Program-made: the position numbers and the translations under genes
In this document: positions 25,931-39,907 of the stretch, piece after piece
Layout of the letters: each line of letters begins with the position of its first letter
Numbering within the stretch: position 1 is the stretch's first letter
Notes under the pieces: model-generated
What the model was told of the DNA's origin: nothing
What the model saw: only the letters and a program-made list of their open reading frames with translations
The model's database searches: none
Assembly (NCBI GenBank): GCA_030324005.1
Contig: JARDVH010000150.1
Span: forward strand, 21,425,313-21,489,312
DNA length: 64,000 nucleotides
Source of the DNA: Negaprion brevirostris
Lineage: Eukaryota
Direction of reading: 5' to 3'

Positions 25931-26244
25931 GTAACGTCCACATAGAATTGCTGTGTATTATACATGCAATCTTCTAAGTATTATTTGCTAATCATTTGAG
26001 TAATTCTAATTTTAAATTTCTCTTCCATCCTTTGTTGTGTTTTCCTCAAAGTAAATAGATAATATTTATATGAAGGGATTGTCTCTGTCTCATTCCCTCT
26101 CCTTCTCTTGCTCACTCGTTCTTAATTTTTTGTTCACCTTAATTCTGCAGACGATGTTGTAGTTCATTCCCTTCAAAATGTAAACTTTATTTTATTGTCT
26201 TAGTTTTATAATTTTGACTGCTAATCCAAATTATCTCTTTCTAG

Positions 26245-26294
26245 AATCCCAGCCTAAGAAAGTACGGAAGGTACCTCCTGGCCTTCCATCTTCG
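26245..26294 (+). CDS. tcf3: TCF3 coding exon (~exon 8, NLS): (E)SQPKKVRKVPPGLPSS
   Basis: ctttctag| acceptor and TCG|gtaagc donor; 50 nt, phase 1 to 0; invariant E-protein NLS motif. Confidence 0.97.
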
Positions 26295-26369
26295 GTAAGC
26301 ACTTTGATTCTTGAAAACAATCTTATTAAAATAATTGGCTGGAAGTTATTTAGCTAATTTATAAACATG

Positions 26370-26690
26370 AAAAGTTGCCAGACTGTTTGTCTAACATCCA
26401 GTACCAGCTGAACAGATATCTTTATCTAAATATTGGGAGGACCAACGCCATTGTCTTCAGTTGTTGTCGCAAACTCTTCCCTAGACACCATTCTATTCCT
26501 ATCATAGGCAACTGTCTAAGGCTGAAATCAACTTTTTGCAACCTTGATGTCATTTGATCTGGAGGTGAGCTTCTGACCACACATCTGTGCCATTGCTATA
26601 ATCGCCAATTTCCACCACTACCATTGCTTGATCCCTATCCCTGCCTGAGCTTATCTGCTGCCAAAATCCACATCTGCTTTTGCTCAAGAT
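26370..26690 (+). mobile_element. L2-type LINE RT fragment
   Basis: PDCLSNIQYQLNRYLYLNIGRTNAIVF matches the L2 CLxDIxxWMxxNxLxLNxxKT motif. Confidence 0.65.
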
Positions 26691-27109
26691 CTGGGAGAGG
26701 GAGCTGCAAAACACTGGGGCATGCCCCCTGATAGGGTGGGAGGGGGTGCAACCAACTTCAAATAGGCAGAGTGAGGACAAAGAGCATGTGCCATCTGAAA
26801 GCTAGGAGAATGACTGTCTATTCAGTGCACCAGGTTCCAGGGTGAGTATGAAGAAGTCCCAGCTTCCAAATCTCTTCATCTATGAGATTCCAGTTCTCTC
26901 CATTTTTATTGGCTTATTGTAATAAATGATCTTGAGGTACTCAAAAATCCAAACAACTAGAAGCACTAACGGGCCATTTCAGCACTGAAGTCCACATCAG
27001 CCAAGTACTCACTTTACCTTTTACGGTTTTTAATTTATCCTGACTTGGCTTTTTCTTCAAACCTGTAACCTTGAAGGGAACCAAAAAATACTGTAGCATC
27101 TTAAATTAA

Positions 27110-28090
27110 TTCTATGGAGTGTGGGTATCCCTGGCTAGGTCAGCATTTATTGTCCATCTCTAATTACCCTTGAGATGGTGATGTAATGCTTTCTTGAACC
27201 ACTGCAGACCATGTAGTGTAGATACATTCACAATGCCATTAGTAACGGGTCTCAGGATTTTGATCTAGTGATAGTGACATAATAGCAATGTAATTACAAG
27301 TCTGAATGCTGTGTGGTTGGAGGGAAACCTGAAGGTAGTGGCATCCCCAGCTTCTTGCGTCCTTGTCCCTCTAGGTGATAGAGATTCCAGGATTGAAAGG
27401 TGCAACTGAAGGAGCCTTGGTGAGTAGGTGGTACACACTGTGTCATTGTGCATTATGATGGAGGCAGTGAATGCTTCACGAGGTGGATTGGGTGCCAATC
27501 AAACAGGCTGCTATGTCCTATATTGAGCTTCTTGAGTGTTGTTGAAACTGCTCATCTAGGCAAGTGGAGATTATTCCATCACACTTATGGCATGTGGACA
27601 GGCTTTGGGAAGCTGCAGAATTCCTAGTCTGACCTTTTGTAACCACAGTATTTATACTGCTAGTCCAGTTCACTTTCTGATTAATGGTAATCCCCAGGGT
27701 AATTCAGTAATGATAATGCAATGAATATCATGGGGAGTTGGTTAGGTAATGTTTTGTTGGAGATGGTCAGTTCCTGGCACTTGTGTGGCACCAATGTTAT
27801 TTGCCTGTTATCAGCACAAGCCTGAATATTGTCCAGGTCTTGCTGCATGTGGCCACAAGCTACTTCAGTATGAGTCGCAAAAGGTGCTAACTTGCGCATC
27901 ATCAGCAAATATCCCCATAAGGGCAGTCATTCTCATCTCACCTTGGGTTCTGGTCTTTTGTCCGTATTTGGACCAAAGCTGTAATCAGGTCAGGAGACTC
28001 CTGGTGACCTGATGAAATGCAAAGTTTGCTTTATTGAGTAAGTTTTTGCTGAGTAAATGCCTCCTCTTAGCATTGCTGACAACCTCTTCC
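27110..28090 (-). mobile_element. CR1/L2-clade LINE 3' portion
   Basis: Minus-strand ORF MQQDLDNIQACADNRQITLVPHKCQELTISNK is an RT C-terminal motif; 3' end cagcatttattgtccatctctaattacccttgag. Confidence 0.8.
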
Positions 28091-28959
28091 TAACTAATTT
28101 AGGCTGAAGACTTGGATTTTAAAACTCTTGTAATAAATTGAGTTAAATGATGACTATCTAGGTAAAACTGGACAAATAATTAAAATTTCCTTCCATTCTC
28201 CTCATATTTTCCCATTAGAAAACTAATTGTACTTTTAAAAACCCCTAATTTTTTAACCTATGTTATCCTATTTGGTAGATGTTTCCATTCATTACTTGTG
28301 ATCCTAACTCAAGTTTTCTTCAAGTTTGCTTTAGTGCATTTCTATTTTAGGCCCTCTAATTCTTCATTCTTAGCATGCATGGCAGTAACAATCTGGGTAC
28401 ACCTTATCTATAGTAATTAATATTCCATATACTTCAACGAGGCAGTCCCTTTCATTTCTTTCTAGACTATAAAGCATAAGCCTCTTTAATCTTTCCTCCT
28501 AACTTATTCACAGACTTGGTCCATCAGTGGGTGAGCACAGATTTTGTATAGCATTTGGATGAGCATGGTGGGCTTGCTTAAGANNNNNNNNNNNNNNTTT
28601 TCCCTTGCAATCAAATTGCTCCAGCAAAGATTAAGAATATGATAAATAATGAAACATAATAGAGAAAGTAGGAGATGTGGAAGCCAGATATTGGCAATAG
28701 TTGTGGCCGGTCAGAGTGGTGGTTCTGTGTATAAACTATTAGTGCAAAGTTTTGTGAGAAAATAAGGTGCCCTGTTTTCTTGCCATTATTATTTGAAATT
28801 TATTTGATGTAGATTTTACAAGCATTGGGGGTGGGTTAAAGCAGGGGGATGGAATAAAGGGCCCAGAAGTAGGAGATGCACCAGTTCCCATGATTTCTCA
28901 CCCTGGCTCTGCATTTGTTACTTCTAGATTTGTTGACATTGACTCTTAGTTAATTAATG

Positions 28960-29300
28960 TTTCAACTTTAAAATTCTTATTCATGTTTCGAATTGTTGCC
29001 CAACCTCCCCAACCTGACAACCCCCTCCAGCACCCCACACTTCCAATTCTATCTTCTTGAGCATCCCCAATTTTTAATAGCTCCACCATTGGTGGTTGTG
29101 CCTTTAGCTACTCTGGAATTCACTTCCTAACCCTCTCCTCCCCTCCTTCCTGTAGGATGCTCTTGAAAACCTATGTCTTTGACTAAACATTTGGTCATCA
29201 CCCCTAATACCTTACGTTATTTGGGTCACATTTGAAAATGCTTTTGTGAATCATCTTGGAACATTTTACTATGTTGAAAGTGTGATACAAATGCAAGGTA
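28960..29300 (+). mobile_element. L2-type LINE 3' end
   Basis: Similar to the 3' part of the 36400-37380 element; tail tactatgttgaaagtgtgatacaaatgcaag. Confidence 0.55.
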
Positions 29301-30420
29301 CTGTTTCAATAAAGCATAATGTTCAAAATAAGTTTGTTAGCCTCCACATAGTTGTGGCTGCTGTGCTAAACATGGGCAACCTTGGTCAGAAGCCACAGGT
29401 GATTGTGTGTAAAGTGGGAAAAACTCATGCTGATACTTTGAGGGATGCCTTAAGATTAGTTTGGTGTTTGTTGAGAGAGAAGATAATGGAGTATTCTGAA
29501 GAATTGAGAAAGATGGCTGCCTATTAAGATGTGCATGTGGGTATGTGTTCNNNNNNNNNNNGCTACCCTAAAATGTGGTTATTCAAGTGCACTCTTGGGA
29601 ACTTAGCTACCACTGAGAGCAGCACGAGCGGTTTGACTCAGGAGGCAGACTCTCAACAACAGATTATGATTTGTATGTGTCCCAGGAGAGAAGTAAAGAT
29701 TTTCTTGATATGCTGTTGTTTTCATGCCCCTAGGCGTGTTGAAACTGGGAATTCGATATGCTGAGTTTAACAGTTACATTTTCTAGGCTATCTTGCATTT
29801 TACTTTTATGTTGATTATAAGCAACATTGTTTGCCCAGGATGAAACAAAAATTGCATGTATTTCAAAATGAGTTGCAGGATCTCATAGATTAAAATTTTG
29901 ATAATTGCTATAATGGAAAGTGTTGTCATGTTGGACCATGGAAATGGGCAGGCGAGCATTTCCAAACCCCATTATGGCAGACATTTTAAATAAATCAGCA
30001 GACGTATGTGGAATGATTATACAGCGTAATCATTCATCCCAAGACTCTGCATTTGGAGGATTTGTTCAAATCCCACCATGGTAGTCCGCTTTAAGATAAT
30101 TGGCAAAAGAATTAGACACGGAGTACAATGTTACGATTGAGGGTGCACTGGGTGAAAGCCTGATTGAAACAGGTTAATCGATTACTTCAGAAGGGAGTTG
30201 GAGAAACACCTGACCAGGAACATTTTGCAGGGCTTTGGGGAAAAGAGGGAGGAATGGGGCTAATAACTTTTCTAAAGATCTAGAACAAGCATATAGATTA
30301 GTGTTCTTCCTCTGCTGTACTGTTGTACGATCAATGATTTTGTAGTAAACTCAGCTTTTAAGAATTAGAATTCAAATATGTTAGAATTTCATAACTAATT
30401 GGGACTTTTCTATTATCTAT

Positions 30421-30800
30421 ATCAGCTCTGGTTTAGTGACAGCATTGTTGCTTGACTCAAAAGGTTCTCGTTTCAAGTTCAACTCCAAGACCTCCCCACA
30501 CAAATCAAAGCTGACGCACCAGCACAATATTGACAGTGCTGCACTGTCAGGAGTGCCATCTTTCAGTTGAAACATTAAACCAAGACTTGCTTGTGCTCTC
30601 AGGTTGACGTAAAGATCCCCGGCACTATTTTGAAAAAGGGTTGGGGAGTTACCCTGATCGATGTTTATCCCTCAACCAAAATCAAAATGGTTGTTGTCAC
30701 GTTGTACACAAATTAGCTGTTGCATTTCCTACACTGCAGTGCTTCAGAAATACTTCCTTGGTTGTGTAATGGTGGTGAAAGGTGCTATATAATTGCAAAC
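30421..30800 (+). mobile_element. Deu-domain SINE (SacSINE1-like)
   Basis: gtgctgcactgtcaggagtgccatctttcag..aaagatcccc..aaattagctg..ggtgctatataattgcaa. Confidence 0.75.
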
Positions 30801-31969
30801 CTCTGGCTTGCAAAGACTACATTTGCTTTAAGTGAGAAGCCACAATAAAGAATCAAGGCCTCATCCGTAGGAAACTTATTTTTTTTAAAAACTGATTAGC
30901 TGACTGCTCAAACGGCTAAAGATTGCAGGAAAGAGGAAAATCTGAGGGAGATTTGGAATGCCTCAGTGATATGGTTGGGCAGAGGAATCAGTTTTGATTT
31001 CAGCACCATAGCAGGTATGGAGAGGAGCAAGATGAAAATGGGAACCAATTGAAAGAAAGAAGGAATAACTGAAGGATGATGCATGAATTCATAATTAGTG
31101 TTTTGAAAAAAGACTTGCAAGAAGTAGAGTACAGTATCAAAAGAATAACAAAGAAACTAAGTGAAACATGAATTGCCTTGCCTATCGGAGGGTTAGCTAT
31201 TTCTTCCTTTTTTTTCTCTCTAGGTTATAGAAGACCATGCCTAAATGTGCTCTTATTTACTGGAGAGTTTAAAAGTTAACGGAACTAGCTTTACGTTCAG
31301 ATAACAATGACAATGTTTGACCTATTATTGTTTTAATTTCATTCATAATGTTAAGTCATTATTTTCCATTTGGTATGGCAACTTTGAAGTGACTACTTTT
31401 TGCCATCAGATTTGTGGTACATTCTACTGGTTGAAAGTATTCATGGAGTTATTCAATGTTAACCTGGTATTCACAGATTTTAAGAAAGGTATGCTGCTTT
31501 TTTTGGTTTCTGCTATCTATATTCGCAAATAAATACCAATAAAACGCCTACGTAGAAAGAAGGCAGTATCCCAGCCTGTGAGAAAGCAGAAGATAACTAG
31601 CAATTTTTCTGAAGCAGTTGTCCATTATTGCAATTCGAATGAATAATAGAAAGAATTTGTGCACATAGCTGGATAATGGAGCATGTTGTGCATTAAGATG
31701 TTTTTGGCAGCTAGCATTTATCTTTTAATTTGCCTTGTCCCATTTAACATTTTTCTTCAGGCTCATTACTTTCCATCCCAAGGTGATGATCCTATGAAAA
31801 ATGAAATAATCAGTACCATTTTCAAGAATTGTTGCAGATTTTTAGTTTATCATGCTAAACATCATTTCCTCGATTGGTTATATCTGGGCAAGTTAAACAT
31901 TGAATTTAATTTGAAGGATCACTTTGGTATCCCGTTGTGCAAATGACGGTCAAAGTTGAAAAAAACGGA

Positions 31970-32215
31970 TAAACCTCTTAGAACTGAGGTAAGGAGAAAT
32001 TTCTTCACCGAGAGAGTGGTGAATCTGTGGAGTTCCCCACCACAAAGTAATTGAGGTCAAAATGTTGTAGATATAGCTCCTGGGACTGAAGGGATCAGTG
32101 GATATGGGGGGAAGACAGGATTAGGATATTGAATTTGATGATCAGCCATGGTCAAGATGAATGGCAGAGCAGGCTTGAAGGGCCAAATGGTGTACTTCTG
32201 TTTCCAGTTTCTGTT
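31970..32215 (+). mobile_element. CR1 LINE 3' end
   Basis: agaactgaggtaaggagaaatttcttcaccgagagagtggtgaatctgtgg (RTEVRRNFFTERVVNLW) plus a typical 3' UTR. Confidence 0.8.
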
Positions 32216-34699
32216 GCTATGTAAATGCAGTAGCATTATCAGTAGCTGTAGCTTGGGTTAGGGAGAGAAGAAAAACGTAATAGTTTGTGCTTAAAGTGCA
32301 ATAGAGTTGATCGACTGGATCCAATCGAGGCCATCTCTCCTGCCTCATAGTTACCAAAGAAGGTGTGTTGCATGCAAGAGTTGGGCACATTTCACATTTA
32401 GGCACCTGTTTTGTTTACACAATCTGTACCACTGGAAGATGTTCCTAAAATAATTCCATTGTGTTTAAGGAATTTATTAATTCTGCTTAAACATTGCAAA
32501 GGAAAGTATTGGTCCTTTGCTTGTTAGAGCAAAACAAAATAATATACAGTAATGTACACTGTCCTTATCCTTTATAAGGATAAATTGATATTCCCACCTC
32601 CAAATATGGCCAGTTAAACTTCACAGGACAAGAAGAGACTGAAGCATGCACATGGAGTTCAAGTGCCCAATTGAACTAGTTTATTCTACTTTTGTTTATA
32701 TACATGTACAAATGGCCACAAGAGGATGCTATTATACCATTAAGCCTGTCTTAATTGCCAAAGCCAGAGTTTTACTATAACTCCTGCCTGGCATGATAGT
32801 ATGGAAGTGAATGGTAACTTAAATGGCCCAGCCCAGTGCTGGGGGAGACATGTCATGGTGTAGCCTTAAAACCCTGGTCCAAGTGTCTACGTGCAATTCT
32901 TTATTCTTTTTGTCTTTATTTTCAAATGGGATGGATTAATAGCAGTCGTACAAGCAATAGGTTAGGATTTGGGAATGATTAAAGTTAGCTTAGTTCCTAA
33001 ATTTTCTGATATTATGCCTGCATTACTCAGTAAAATTCTGAGGACAGCATTATTGTTCTGTGGTTCTTTTTGGACTTACTAGTTGTGTTTAATGTTCATA
33101 AACTGAGGATATATAAACAGGGCTCCCCTTCAAACAAAGTAATGTAGTTTGTGAAATTCACACCTAAGATTCAATGCAAGTTAAGTGTGGCTGAAGTGTG
33201 TTTAACTTGAACATTGCCACAGTTAATTCCTTTAGGATGCGATTGAGCTAAATTAGTTTCCACTCAATTTGTGTTTTGCAGTTCTGCATTCAAATCATGG
33301 TGCAAAAGCCCATCTGTAAATCATACCTTTAGACAGCCAATCTGAACTACTTAGCATTAGAAGTTCCATTTTCAGCTGATCCAGCATTCAATGTGGGCTT
33401 TGTTTACGGCAGCCGAGTGGCGACACTGATGCCTTTGGGGACAATGTTTCTATTTTTCCCTTGTAAGAACCCAACTGGGTGTTTACGTTATAACTGGATG
33501 AAATGACAATTAAGGTGGACTGATGTGTAGTTACAGTTCAAGTATTGTTTTATGCAGTTCTCTAGCAACACAAGTCAAGTAGGGTAGAAGCAAGATTATC
33601 TTCCATTATCAGTCCCTGGTGAGTAAATTAACGTGACATTCAAAACTGAAGCACACTGGTGCTTCGAATACATACAGCATTTATCACCACTCTGGCTTTT
33701 TGTGTTAAAGGTAGTGTCACATTTCTGATCTATTAGCTTGAAATATTATGCTTGAGTGCTGTTGGAAATCTGAAAAGTGCTGAAAGTTTACATCCGTATG
33801 GAGGAGTTTGTCTTGTTTATTTGGAATCTACTGCCTTGCTGTTGTTACTTGGCCGAGTATTATTTTCAAACTTTTCTGCTCGTGTTGCCCTGCAAATACT
33901 GACTCATTTTCAGAGATCTCTGAAAAGCAGTGTTGTCACTATAGAAAGCATTTTTGTTCATAGTTTTTTCCCATGGCACTGGTCAAAGCCAAATGTACTT
34001 GGCAAATAAGTTGAAGTTGGAGTGGGGTATAACTGCGCTAGAGCAGGCAAACATTGGCATTGGCGAGTGAGAAATAACTGAACCAGTGAAGGCGAACCAG
34101 TTTGGCCTCAAGTCCTGCATTCAGTGTTTCTACTTGGATAATTGGATCTGGTTTGCTATGGTTAATTAGTGAAAATCTGCAACTCAGAAAACCGAGTAAT
34201 AGAATTAGACGGAAAGTGCATTCATGCAGTATGAACTGAGGAGGTAGGGATGCAGGACTGCGGTGTAGGGCACAAGTCTACCCTGGCAGTTTCTACAGGA
34301 TTTGAAATATGAACATACAAGCTTGTATGCGATGGAAAGCGTTGATGCAGATATGACAAACAACTAGAAATAAGATTTCATCAGCAAAAAGTCAATATGA
34401 TTGCAGGTTTTTTGTATGTTAATACTGTAGGAGATGTGCAGAATTCAACAGTGTGAACATAGATATGACGACCTCACTGACTCCAGATTTAATTGTAGGT
34501 TTTTAAATAGTGCAAAACTGGGTGCTCAGCTCCAAGTATCAATCTTGTACACAGATTTGTTCAGCCTCTAAACTGCAAATCAACCAAGTCACCATTGGTT
34601 CATCTATCTTTGTAGCTGCAGATGTATTTTTAGCTTTTTCTATTCTGTTAGATTGGGGTTTTTTTTTGCAGCTTGCTGTAGGACAAATATCTGGTGCTT

Positions 34700-35130
34700 C
34701 AGAGTAGCCTTTTGCAATGTGTATTTTAAATATTTAAATTTGAAGTTATCAACTACCTCAAACATTCCGTTGCTACATCTCTGACACACCAGTAGCAGTT
34801 GTGTACTATCTGCAAAGTGCACTTCAGCAGTTCTCCAAGGTTTGTTTGACAATATCTCCTAAACATGTGACCTCGACCACCAAAACGGAGGAGGGCAGCA
34901 GTGGCATGGGACTACCGCTACCTGTAGTTTTCCCCCTTAAGTCAAAAATCATTCTGACATGGGAATATATTGTGTTCTTTTATCATTGCTGGGCCAAAAT
35001 TCTACAACTCTCCCAGCGGCACTGAGGGTGTATATTCACCACCCTTTTCAGCGTTAGTTAAGAGATGGACAAGAACTTGTGGCCTTTTCAGCCATATCCA
35101 TAGCTAATGGTGGAATTAAAAAATAATCGT
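34700..35130 (+). mobile_element. CR1/L2-clade LINE 3' end
   Basis: Reverse-complement similarity to 27110-27450. Confidence 0.55.
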
Positions 35131-35409
35131 TTAAACATTTTTAATCCTTTTGTCCCATTCCTGCACCTTAAGTACTGTATCATCCTCCTCCAAGGTACCA
35201 CTTACTATCTTTAAGTTGGACTAGCTGAATACCAAGTTGACCCTAAAACCTGTGCTTTGCTTTTTTAAAGTTTGTGGATTATTGTGTTGCATTTTTCATC
35301 TGCTGTTACATAGATGGATAATGCAATTTCATTTCTCAGCTGTTTTAAACCCATGTATATTTTGGGTAATTGAAAGTGCACAAATTGGCCCTAACATCCT
35401 GTTCAAATA

Positions 35410-35615
35410 TGGGTGGCATAGCGGTTACCACTACATCGCCCAAGTTTGATTCCTGGCTGGATCGCTGTCTGTGAAGTCTGCACATTCTGTGACCTCATGT
35501 GTTTCCTCCTCCAGTCCTCCTTCAGTCCGCAAGGTGTACTGGTTAGGTGCATTGACCAGGCTAAATTCTCCTTCACTGTACCCAAACAGGCACTGGAATG
35601 TGGTGACTAGGGGAT
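35410..35615 (+). mobile_element. HE1-like V-SINE, degenerate
   Basis: gggtggcatagcggttaccact head and gtctgtgaagtctgcacattct core. Confidence 0.65.
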
Positions 35616-36399
35616 TAATTCTTCTCTTGTGCTTGATTGAGGTGGGTGTAATTTAATGGAATCTGGGAAGTAACTTCTGCAAGATAAGCATGTTTGTGGG
35701 AACAGAGAATCTGTAGAAATCCATTTTGTGGTCTTGTCATGAGTTTCTCAGCAGTTTGCATGAGATTTTTCTCTCAATTTTTAAACTTAATTTTTGTTCT
35801 CTCGTTTGCTGCCTCTGTTGGAAAGCAGAAGATAGAATTTATAGAAAAAATTGAGCACCTTTAATTGAAGCCTTTTACATATTTTGCTGTTGAGTTGCAA
35901 GGTGATAATTTTCTGGCCTTGTCAGGTTTATTTAGAATCTGATGCACGCATACCTCCTGCCCAGCTGTGTTTAAAACTGGTAAGATGCCAGAAATGGACA
36001 GATGGCATAGTTATTAGATGTGCATCATTCAATTCCCTTCCTGATGCTTGCTGTTTAATCAGATTATAAAAAAAAGTCAATTTTACTAGATTCATATTCA
36101 ACTCAGTAACCTGTTCCATTTTTCTCAGTTGTAAATGGAAAGATTTAGATTTAGAAAAGGTGTCTTGTAGTAGAAAAATAATTTGCATCTGACTTCTAGT
36201 TATGCATTATTGTCTGCAACATTGAAGTATTTTATGAATGATAGGTAATTACTTAAAAATATTTGTGCTCATCCATCCATAGAATTTTGGTCCTTTGGGA
36301 ATCGAATATTTTCCATTTTGAGAATCTGCTGTTGTATTACTAGAATCAAATAACTTTTAATTTTTAATTTGTATCTTTTCTAATTCTAGTCAGGGAATC

Positions 36400-37380
36400 T
36401 GCAATGATGGCTTCTCTTCCCATTCTTGCACATTAACCCTGCTGTCCCCCCAAAGATCTATCTCAGCCCTCTCCCATTGCTTTTCTGCAAGCAATCCCTT
36501 GAAGACACAGCAGCAGTTTCCATATCTATATTGATGGCACCCACCTGTACCTCAGCACCACCTCCATCAACCCCTTCGCAGTCTGTGTGCTTGCCTAACA
36601 TCCAGTACAAGATGAGCAGAAATTTTCTCCAATTAAATATTGGGCAGATAAAGCTCAGTCCACTTCAAAATTTTGTCCCATAGTCATCAATTCCATTCTT
36701 TCCTCTGACCACTGGATGAGGCTGAGCCACACTGGCTGCAACTTTGATGTCACGTTTGGCCCCAAAACAAGCTTCTGACTACACGTGCGCCAAATCTAAG
36801 ACTGTATTTTCTCCCCCTTAACATTGCCTAACTTCATCCCTTTGTTAATACATTCCCAGTCAGCCCCTCTTATTTTACTGCATGTAAAGTTGACCCCACC
36901 CAAACTTCTGCCTTTACCCTAGCTTGTACCAAAGTTCAGTGCACTCATTCAGTTTTTTTTCCCCCACTGACCTACATTGGCTTCCAGTTAATCTGTGCCT
37001 CACTTTTTTCATTCTCGTCCTTGTTTTTAAATCTATCCATGACAGTGCCAGTCCTATCTATGTACATTCCATTCCCACAATCCTCTTATTATCTGTATTA
37101 CTCTAAATTCTGACTCCTTGAGCATTCCTGATTTTAGTTGTTTCTGCATTGACTATGCCTCCAGCTGCCAAGGCCCAAAGATTTGGAATTTCCTTCCTTC
37201 CTTCCTTCCTTTACCTCTACCTTGCTTTCCTCCTTTATGACATAACCTTAAAAGCTACCACTTCAACCAAGCTTTTGGTCATCTGTCCTAATATCAAGTT
37301 GTGCTTTGGTTCAGAATGCTCCTGTGAACTACTTTTTGGATGGCTTATGCCAAGGATACTACATAAATACTTGTCCGATT
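36400..37380 (+). mobile_element. L2-type LINE 3' portion
   Basis: VCLPNIQYKMSRNFLQLNIG and DLHWLPV are L2 C-terminal motifs. Confidence 0.75.
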
Positions 37381-38499
37381 TTGCAATAATAAGCTAATGG
37401 CATTAATCTTGAGCCTCTTAAGTAATGTAATTGTTGCACTTTTTTAATATTTGTAAAAATTTAATTCAAAGCAACTTGTGTAAAATGCCCACCTACAAAG
37501 GTGCTATTCGTGGTATCCTCCTACTTGACTTCTTGCCTTTACATGCTGAGGGGCATATCTTTTTAAAACTAACTTTTGTAGCATTCACTAAACAAATCAT
37601 AGAAATTACAGTATAGTAGGCTATCATGCATGTGTTGGTTCCTGCTTATTGAAGGTTGCCATTCTCTGGATTCTTTTATAATTTGCATATGTTTACCCAT
37701 TTCCTTTCAGTTATATTATCTAGCTCAAATGCCATTTTGTGAAAAAACATTGGATTTTATTAAGCCTCCTGTGGAAGAAAGGACTATCTCCCACCTTAAT
37801 TGATTCTTCCAATTGGAGTCTCCCCTTATTAGGTCACTAATCAGTGGTAGCAATCCATCAATTTATACCCCCCTTTTTAAAAAGAATACTTTTACAGATT
37901 TGAAAACGATCACTGTTCCCTTTGCCTCTCCCAGATTATTGAAAAGGCCCCAAATTTTTAAGCTGTTCATAATGATGAATGCTCAATTTCCTGTATTATT
38001 TCAGTGAATGTGGCTGAAGACTTTCTTTTAACTTCCGGTACCTGAAACTGCATGTTATATTCCAGCTGTGATCTAATCAATAGTTTTGTACAATTGTTAC
38101 ATTTTCCATTCAAGTCCCATGTATGAAATCTAGAATATATAATTTGCTTATTCTTTGTGAGCTCCCATTTTTGATGATCATTATTCCTACTCAGAGATTT
38201 CTCTTCCCTTTCATGTTTAAAAATCTTGATGTTTTAAGGTATACTGCTTTTTTTACAAAATGACTTAATCAGCTACACCTGCCATCTGTCTGCTCTCTGT
38301 CAGCTTGTCTGCGCCCTTCAATCTCCTGTCTGTTTATTTTTTCACTGCATTCAAGGGAGGTGCAAACATTTAGCTGCATCCCAACAAAAGTGATTAGGGA
38401 GAAGATCAGAGAAAGATTAGAACAAACAATGTTTTCTTGTCCTGCAAAATGGCATCTGAGATCCATACAGGTCAGCCTTAGCAACACCTTTTATTCAGA

Positions 38500-39450
38500 G
38501 GAAGTGACTGAGTCAAGCGGCCAAGTTTAGCCAGGCAGAGGACTGCGATGGTCTATGATGGCTGGCTGGACCTCCTTTTAGGAAAGAAAAGTGGGGACTT
38601 TGGACTGTGCTGGTCGGAGATGGAACTGTGGACAGATTACATAATGAAAAAGGAACTGTTAGTGCCAGAAAACTAGAAACAAAGTGGGGAAAGTCTTGGA
38701 TGTAGTTGGTGAGAAACTGTATGGAGAAGTAATAGTCGAGGCAGGAAGAAATTGGTTCTGTGAGGGCAAGGATAGGCTGAAGAGGAAAAGATAGGTCTAG
38801 AAGAGTAGTTCTGTTTGTAAAACTTGGAAAGGAAATGAAAGCGAACTTTGTAGATTTGGGTACTGGAAATTGGATGCTGTGGAAGGAAGATCCTGAGAGA
38901 GATGAGGTGACAGTCTTGGAACTGATTGCTTGATGTTTGGTGATGCGGGTCATGATCCAAGGGGAGATAGGAGGAAATGCCAGAGTTGACATTCAGCTTC
39001 TGCAAACTAAAGGTCAGTTAACTAAACAGCAGCAGCAGCACCACCTAATCAGATTGGACCTGAGAAAAAGAGTCTTGCTAATTAGGAGGAAGGTAGGGTA
39101 GAGTAGAGCAGAACAATTAAACGAACCTGGCGCACCAGCCCTCAGTGAAAAGATTTCAAATGGGCATGAGTCAGAGGGAGGAATCCAGGTGAAGCAAGAA
39201 TTCTGAAGATCAGAGAGAGGGCCTGCTGTGTGGGAAGGATTCATAGCCAAAGACACAAACTTGAAGGTGACTGAAGAAGAGCTCATTGTCATACCCAGTT
39301 TAAAATGTATTGAGATGGGAGTGTAAGACTGAGCGCTCAAATTTTCAGTCAAATGAATTAGTAAACACAGGATCCTTCCCCATCCAAATTATAACTCTTG
39401 AAGCATATGCTGTGAAGCTTTTAAACATATACTTAAAAACCTTCTCTTGA
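38500..39450 (-). mobile_element. Penelope-like retroelement RT remnant
   Basis: Overlapping minus-strand ORFs give SSYLPLDHDP, RFHFLSKFYKQNYSSRPI, TEPISSCLD and LQNSCFTWIPPSD; these are frameshifted PLE RT N-terminal motifs (PxFYxLPKIHK..RPI). Confidence 0.75.
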
Positions 39451-39907
39451 TCAAGGTTGAAATCACCACCAGCCTTGATAACTGTGGGTCCACCTGGTGG
39501 TGATTCCTCTGCTCTTGATGCTCCCCATGCACGCTCCCCTCCAGGGTGAGACAGGATGTCCATATTGTTCTGCACATAATCCACAATTCCCTCCCAAATC
39601 CCGCCAAACCCATCTTTAACCATCGCTCGTGGACGCTCTTCCCCCACCCCCCAAGAAAGTCTTTACAAACTTGCTAGGATCAATACTTATCAGGGGGAGT
39701 AAAAACAGGGGCAGAGAGTGAGTTTAGAACAAGAGATTGGGTCAGAGGGAAGAGAAGGGGAAGATGGACTTGTAGGACGATGGTATTAAAATGTTACTCA
39801 ATTGGTTAGAAAGCATTTTGGCTTTGTTCAGTGTAATAGCAATACATTACTGTACAAAAATATGATACCATCTGCAATAGGAATTTTTTTCCCAAAAAAG
39901 AAGCTGT

